Source of the DNA: Planctomycetota bacterium
Lineage (GTDB): Bacteria > Planctomycetota > Phycisphaerae > UBA1845
Direction: 5' to 3'
Assembly (NCBI GenBank): GCA_024276605.1
Contig: JAJRWX010000050.1
Location: 5,695-69,694 of the forward strand
DNA: 64,000 nt
The notes beneath the pieces are model-generated. The model did not search any database, was not told where the DNA came from, and saw only the letters and a program-made list of their open reading frames with translations. The translations under genes and the position numbers were made by a program. The first letter of the stretch is position 1; each line of letters opens with the position of its first letter. Positions 58,635-64,000 of the stretch are shown here, in pieces.

Positions 58635-59879
58635 ATGAACAAGCAGATGATGGTTGTGATGGTCGTTTGTCTGGTCGCAGGTCTTAGTGTCGGTGGTGCC
58701 GCCACTTACTTCTGGCTTGAGGCGGCTCCTGATATCGATCGGTCTGTTCAGCATGAAGAGCATGAAGGTGGTCATGCTGACCACGATGAGGAAGGCGAAG
58801 ATAACCACGAGGAACAAGGTGATACCGTTCGGCTCACGCAGGCGGTGATGGACGAGTATGGCGTGAAAGTCGCGACGGCTGGGCCGGGTGGCGTTCAGCT
58901 TAATCTTGTACTTCCCGGCGAGGTCGTGGTGAATCCTGACGAGATGATTCATATTGTGCCGCGCGTCTCCGGCATCGCTCTTAAGGTTACCAAATCGATC
59001 GGTGACATCGTGGAGACCGGCGAATTGCTTGCTGTGATTGAGAGCGCCGAACTGTCACAAGCCAAAGCGAGATATCTTGCTTCCGCTCAGCGACTTACCT
59101 TGGCACAAGCAAACGTAGCTGCTAATGAGGAGCTTAAAGCCAAGGGTATTGTGGCCGAACTTGAATTCCTGACTGCACTGCGTGAGTTGGCTGAAGCGGA
59201 GATCGAGCGACGAGCGTCTGAATTTAAGCTCTTCGCACTCGGACTTCAACAGGCGAATTTACCTACCATTGCGGAAGAACAAGGCGCGAAATTTTCCACT
59301 TACGAGTTGATGGCTCCGATGGCCGGTACGATTATCGGGCGGCATATAAGCCTGGGTGAAATTGTCACGCCGGAGACCGCGGTCTTCGCACTCGCAGACC
59401 TGAATACGGTGTGGGTTCATCTGACAGTGTATCAGAAGGACTTGGCGATGGTTCGTGCCGGTCAGCCGGTGGTGCTGAAGTTCGGACACGATATTCCGAA
59501 TGCCCAGGGTGTCATTGACTATATCAGCCCCATCGTCGAGGAAACGACGCGTACCGCGACCGCCCGCGTCGTGCTGAAAAACTTGGAACGGGTTTGGCGT
59601 CCGGGTTTGTTCGTCCACGCGTCGGTCCAGGTGGGTGAAGCTAGCGTGGAACTACGCGTGCCGGCGACGGCGCTTCAGACCGTCGGTGGAGAGACCGTCG
59701 TGTTTGTTGAAACAGCGGAGGGATTTCTCCCGAAACCTGTTACCGTCGGTCGCACGAACAGAACGCACGTTGAGATCACATCCGGGTTGGTCCCCGGAGA
59801 CCGGTATGTGGCGACAGGTGCATTCAATCTCAAAGCGCAACTGATGAAAGCCAGTTTCTCAGGTGGGCACTCTCACTAA
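58635..59879 (+). CDS. Efflux RND periplasmic adaptor (CzcB/CusB-like) with a His/Glu/Asp-rich N-terminal segment
   Basis: TM anchor, then HEEHEGGHADHDEEGEDNHEEQGD. Membrane-fusion-protein sequence follows (LPGEVVVNPDEMIHIVPRVSG..., LMAPMAGTIIGRHISLGE). Confidence 0.85.
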   Translation: MNKQMMVVMVVCLVAGLSVGGAATYFWLEAAPDIDRSVQHEEHEGGHADHDEEGEDNHEEQGDTVRLTQAVMDEYGVKVATAGPGGVQLNLVLPGEVVVNPDEMIHIVPRVSGIALKVTKSIGDIVETGELLAVIESAELSQAKARYLASAQRLTLAQANVAANEELKAKGIVAELEFLTALRELAEAEIERRASEFKLFALGLQQANLPTIAEEQGAKFSTYELMAPMAGTIIGRHISLGEIVTPETAVFALADLNTVWVHLTVYQKDLAMVRAGQPVVLKFGHDIPNAQGVIDYISPIVEETTRTATARVVLKNLERVWRPGLFVHASVQVGEASVELRVPATALQTVGGETVVFVETAEGFLPKPVTVGRTNRTHVEITSGLVPGDRYVATGAFNLKAQLMKASFSGGHSH

Positions 59880-59903
59880 CCGACGCGCGGAGGCGAGTCT
59901 ACC

Positions 59904-62900
59904 ATGATTGATCGAGTATTTGAGTTCAGCCTGAAGAACCGTCCCCTGGTGGCGGTGCTCTCGGTTCTCGTCATGGCGTCAGGGTATTACGCCTATCGCG
60001 AACTACCCGTAGATGCTTTTCCCGACGTATCGCCGAACCTAGTGCAGATCTTCACTTTGACTGAAGGGCTTGCCCCGGAGGAAGTCGAGAAATACGTCAC
60101 ATATCCGGTCGAAGTAGCCATGATGGGCTTACCGGGGATAGAAAAGGTCCGTTCCGTTTCCAATTTCGGTCTTCCGTGGTCAATGTGTACTTCGAAGACG
60201 GCATGGACATTTACTTCTGTCGCCAGGTAGTCAACGAACGGCTTCAGGAGGCCCGCGAGCAAATCCCCGAGGGGTTCGGTGACCCTGCGATGGGGCCTAT
60301 CTCCACGGGGATGGGGCTTGTGTTGTTCTATTACCTCCAGGATACGACGGGGCAGTATTCGCTGGAGGAGTTGCGGACGATCCAGGACTGGGTGGTCAAG
60401 TTCCATCTCCAGACCGTCCCGGGCGTGACCGAGGTGTTGGGGATCGGCGGGTGGGAAAAGCAGTTTCACGTAGTCGTCGATCCCGATGGACTGTTGCAAT
60501 ACGACGTGACCCTTAGTGAGTTGATCGCGCGGGTTCGGGCGAACAACCTCAACGTCGGGGCACAATTTATCGAAAAGGACGCTGAGGAGTTTATCGTCCG
60601 CTCGCTGGGGTTGGCCCGTGGTATCGACGACCTTGAGTCCATTATCGTTAAGACCGAGGATGGTCGACCGGTCTACCTGCGCGAACTGGCGGAAGTGAAA
60701 ATCGGTGGCGCTATCCGGCGCGGCGTGCAGACGCGCAATGGCGTGGAAGAGGTCGTAGCCGGCATGGTTATCAAGCTGTTCGGCACGAACTCCTCGACGG
60801 TGATCGCCGATGTTGAGCAGAAACTGGAAGAGATCAACAAGATTCTGCCGGACGGTATTCACATCGTCCCGTATTACGAACAGAAGAGCATTGTCCAGGC
60901 GGCGGTTCACACGGTCACGAGTGCACTGCTCCAGGGGATTGCGTTGGTCGTGCTGGTTCTGCTTGTCTTTATGGGAGCGTTGCGTCCTAGCATCGTCGTT
61001 GCGTTCTCGGTTCCCTTCTCCATACTCTTCGCCTTCATCCTGATGGATTACTTCGGTATTTCAGCCAATCTGATGTCGTTCGGGGGGCTGGCGATTGCCA
61101 TTGGTATGATGGTGGACGGGACGATTGTGATGGTTGAAAACGCGGATCGGATGCTGCGTGATGCGGCTCCCAATGAACCGCGTTTGATGGTCGTGAGCCG
61201 TGCATCACAAGAGGTCGGTCGGCCAATCGCTTTTGCCATCGTGATTATCATCGTTGTCTTTCTACCGTTGTTCACGCTTCAGGGCGTTGAAGGCAAAACG
61301 TTTCGTCCACTGGCCTACACCGTCGCCCTGGCCATGCTCGGTTCGCTGATTTTCGCTCTTGTCCAGGCGCCGATGCTGAGCACGTTACTGATGCGCGCAC
61401 CCCAGTCGCGGAATAACAACGACACACGCAGGGAATCGTTTGTCGTGCATTTGCTGCTTATTCCGTACCGGCCTCTGGTACGCTTCTTCGTTCGACAGCG
61501 CTGGGCAGCCGTGATGATGGCGCTGCTCATGCTAGGTGCCGGTATCGTCGTCTTTCCGCTGTTGGGATCGGAGTTTACGCCGAAGTTGAACGAGGGAACC
61601 ATCGTACTTCGTTTGACGATGGCACCCTCGATCTCGCTGGTGCATAGTACCGAAACAACGCTTATCGCCGAACGGCGCGTGCTTCAAGTTCCGGAAGTGC
61701 GCGAGGTTGTGACACGCATCGGTCGCGGCGAGGTCGGTGCACACACGGATCCGGTCAACAGCGCCGAGATGTACGTCCTACTCAAGCCGGAATCCGAATG
61801 GCCACCGGGTGTGGGGCAAAGCGAGATCGAGTCAGCGATTCGTGAGGTTGTCGCTGATATGCCCGGGGTACTAGCCAATATTACGCAACCTATTGAGATG
61901 ACCGTCGATGAGCTTTTGGAGGGTGTTCGCGCCGAACTGGCCATCAAGCTATTTGGTGACGACCTCGATGTGCTCAAGCGCAAAGCCGACGAGATTGCGG
62001 CTGTGGTTCGTTCGGTACGCGGGGCGGCGGACATGCAGGTGGATCAGGTGAGTGGGACACCACAACTGCTGATCCGTGTTAATCGCCAAGCCATTGCCCG
62101 ATATGGGTTCAATATCACCGATGTGCAGGACGTCATCCGTGCGGCTGTAGGTGGTGAGGTGGCGGGGCAGGTATTCGAAGGGATTCGGCGTTTTGATATT
62201 TTGGTTCGCTACGAGCCTAAGGCGCGTAGTTCCGCCGATGCCATACGGGGCATCATCATTGCTACGCCGGGCGGCATGAAAGTTCCATTGGAGCAACTGG
62301 CTTCGATCCAAGAGATCACCGGTCCTCGCCAGATCACACGCGAAAACAATCAGCGTTTTATTACGGCCCAGTGTAATGTGGTGGGACGCGACATTGGTTC
62401 GTTTGTAGAGGAGGCAAAGAAGAAGATCGACGAGAAGGTGGATTTGCCGGCAGGTTATCTGGTGACATGGGGAGGGCAGTTTCGATTACAACAAGAGGCT
62501 AATCGCCGCCTGCTCGTCGTGGTGCCCGTGACGCTGCTGATTATTTTTCTTATGCTGTTCAGCAATTTCCATTCTTTGAAAAATGCGTTGCTGATTCTCA
62601 TGAATATTCCACTTGCGTTGGTTGGCGGTGTAGTTGCGCTGTGGCTTTCGGGACAAAACCTCTCCGTCCCTTCGTCCGTTGGTTTTATTGCCCTGTTCGG
62701 TATTGCCGTGGAGAACGGTATGGTGCTGGTCACTTATTTCAACCAGCTCGTTAGGGAGGGTGTTTCGGTAGATGAAGCCTCGCAGCGCGGTGCGTGCCTG
62801 CGTTTGCGTCCCGTGTTGATGACCGCCGTAACTACCGCATTGGGTTTAATTCCGCTACTGATATCAAGCGGTACGGGTAGTGAGGTTCAACGTCCCTTGG

Positions 62901-63007
62901 CTACGGTTGTCATCGGAGGTTTGGTGACATCGACCGCACTGACCTTATTGGTCATCCCGGCATTGTATAAGTGGTTCGCACCTGCCGAAAAAGAAGTAGT
63001 GATCTGA
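59904..63007 (+). pseudogene. CzcA/CusA-family heavy-metal efflux RND pump with a -1 frameshift near 60171-60175
   Basis: The N-terminal 90 aa (59904 frame) end ...VRSVSNFGL. The remainder continues in another frame as VVNVYFEDGMDIYF. Restoring one T in CTTCC (to CTTTCC) gives GLSVVNVYFEDG, the family-typical sequence. Confidence 0.85.
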
Positions 63008-63035
63008 GTTTCCTCGTAAATTAGAGAGACGTAAC

Positions 63036-63377
63036 ATGAAAGAAATAAAAGCATTAATTCGCCCGAACCAATTCGGCGCCGTGCTCGACGCCTTGCATGA
63101 ACACCCGGAGCTGCCGGGTGTGACTGTCTCCGAGGTTCGTGGATTCGGTCGCACGGTGGGTCGCTCGAGCAGGCGCGAAGGGACGCGCGTACGCTACGGG
63201 ACCACCAAGATGTTCAAAGTGGAGTGCGTGGTCAACGACGATGATGTCGACCAAGTTGTCGAGCTAATACAGCAAGCGGCACACACGGGCCATGTGGGAG
63301 ATGGAAAAATCTTCGTGCACAACGTCGAACGAACGGTCAAGATCCGAACCGGTGCACAATTAGAGCGACTCGAATAG
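63036..63377 (+). CDS. P-II (GlnB-like) signal-transduction family protein linked to the RND operon
   Basis: MKEIKALIRPNQFGAVLDAL...VTVSEVRGFGR...GDGKIFVHNVERTVKIRTG aligns well with the P-II consensus. The T-loop region is divergent. Confidence 0.8.
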   Translation: MKEIKALIRPNQFGAVLDALHEHPELPGVTVSEVRGFGRTVGRSSRREGTRVRYGTTKMFKVECVVNDDDVDQVVELIQQAAHTGHVGDGKIFVHNVERTVKIRTGAQLERLE

Positions 63378-63469
63378 GTGGGCCTACCAGACTTAGAGGA
63401 CGGAGCCGCGCTTGTGCTTCACTGCCCAATAGTCAATATGGCAACTGCTAATTGATAAGTAAAATGAGT

Positions 63470-63503
63470 GGCCTACCTCACTAACGAAGATATGAGGTAG
63501 GCC
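63470..63503. terminator. Hairpin between convergent genes (bidirectional terminator candidate)
   Basis: GGCCTACCTCA (63470-63480) pairs with TGAGGTAGGCC (63493-63503) around a 12-nt loop. Confidence 0.5.
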
Positions 63504-63821
63504 ATGTTAGCACCATCAGCATACTGATACGGCTGCGGTTATCAATTATTGTTGTTCACATGTGGATGCTACCTGTTGCTCATGTGTAAGCACAGGATTT
63601 ATTACTATGGTACTACTACCTTAGTGCAGGTTAGATGTATCCCAATCGGACTGGTACTGAAACATCCCAGGCAAACAAATGCATCTTCTCCAATATTCCC
63701 TGAGATAATGCAACAACAGGTAGGCATTTTGCATAGGGCCGGCGGACACTCAATATCTGTTTCAGGGACGTCACCATCATTATCGTCCTTGTAATCGGAA
63801 TATTGAGCGACTGATTGCCTA

Positions 63822-64000
63822 CTAACCAGAAACAAACTGCGTAAGGAGATCGTCGTCGAGTTGTATGATCTCAACGCCATCCTGAGTAATGGCAAGGTTA
63901 AGCGCAAACCCACCCTCGTCCGCGTTCAGTGTTTCATGGTCGATAGCATTAACGATCAAATGAACAGCACCATCACCTCTGTCGATCACAGAGAGCACGC
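63822..64000 (-). CDS. C-terminal end of a hypothetical protein whose 5' part lies outside the window
   Basis: Open frame from the window edge: VLSVIDRGDGAVHLIVNAIDHETLNADEGGFALNLAITQDGVEIIQLDDDLLTQFVSG, ending at TAG (63822-63824). Confidence 0.3.
   Translation of the reverse strand, partial: VLSVIDRGDGAVHLIVNAIDHETLNADEGGFALNLAITQDGVEIIQLDDDLLTQFVSG

Noticed and set aside
58380-58952. Long antisense ORFs within confidently assigned genes. Examples are 58380-58952, 30183-30875, 59993-60910, 56169-56699, 27901-28386 and 15323-15757.
   Set aside because: They lie opposite genes with strong family signatures and have low-complexity or Arg/Ser/Pro-rich translations typical of antisense frames.

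Overview
This window reads as a chromosomal segment of a Gram-negative bacterium, probably Planctomycetota-like. That assignment is an inference from a giant beta-helix protein with dockerin-like ends, an ECF sigma with a long anti-sigma, and many lipoprotein cytochromes; GC is roughly 50% by eye.

The left 19 kb is the main candidate for a novel system. It holds 8 c-type cytochrome genes (about 42 CxxCH plus 3 CX3CH motifs by my own count), two six-blade NHL beta-propellers, a ~680-codon putative outer-membrane beta-barrel, an EB_dh/DOMON-like lipoprotein and a 5-TM-anchored ten-motif cytochrome. Together these look like a trans-envelope (extracellular) electron-transfer module.

The rest of the window is mostly ordinary. 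It contains crcB, an ECF sigma/anti-sigma pair, a DUF4143-type ATPase, sahR-like plus ahcY, trkA-trkH, peptidases, a glycosyltransferase and sdhCAB. It also has a transglutaminase-like protein, a sigma-70 with an extra N-terminal HTH, an NTase/HEPN-like pair, a 1464-aa internally duplicated beta-helix protein, and a czcB-czcA-PII metal-efflux operon.

Several structures are unusual:
- Three genes are split by in-frame TAA codons, and czcA is frameshifted.
- At least five families of hairpin-forming intergenic repeats cluster at a few loci.
- A duplicated ~100-nt element carries a Shine-Dalgarno sequence plus a 6-7 codon mini-ORF.

I recognised no rRNA, tRNA, CRISPR array or transposase. All calls come from reading the sequence and the ORF track; no database search was possible.
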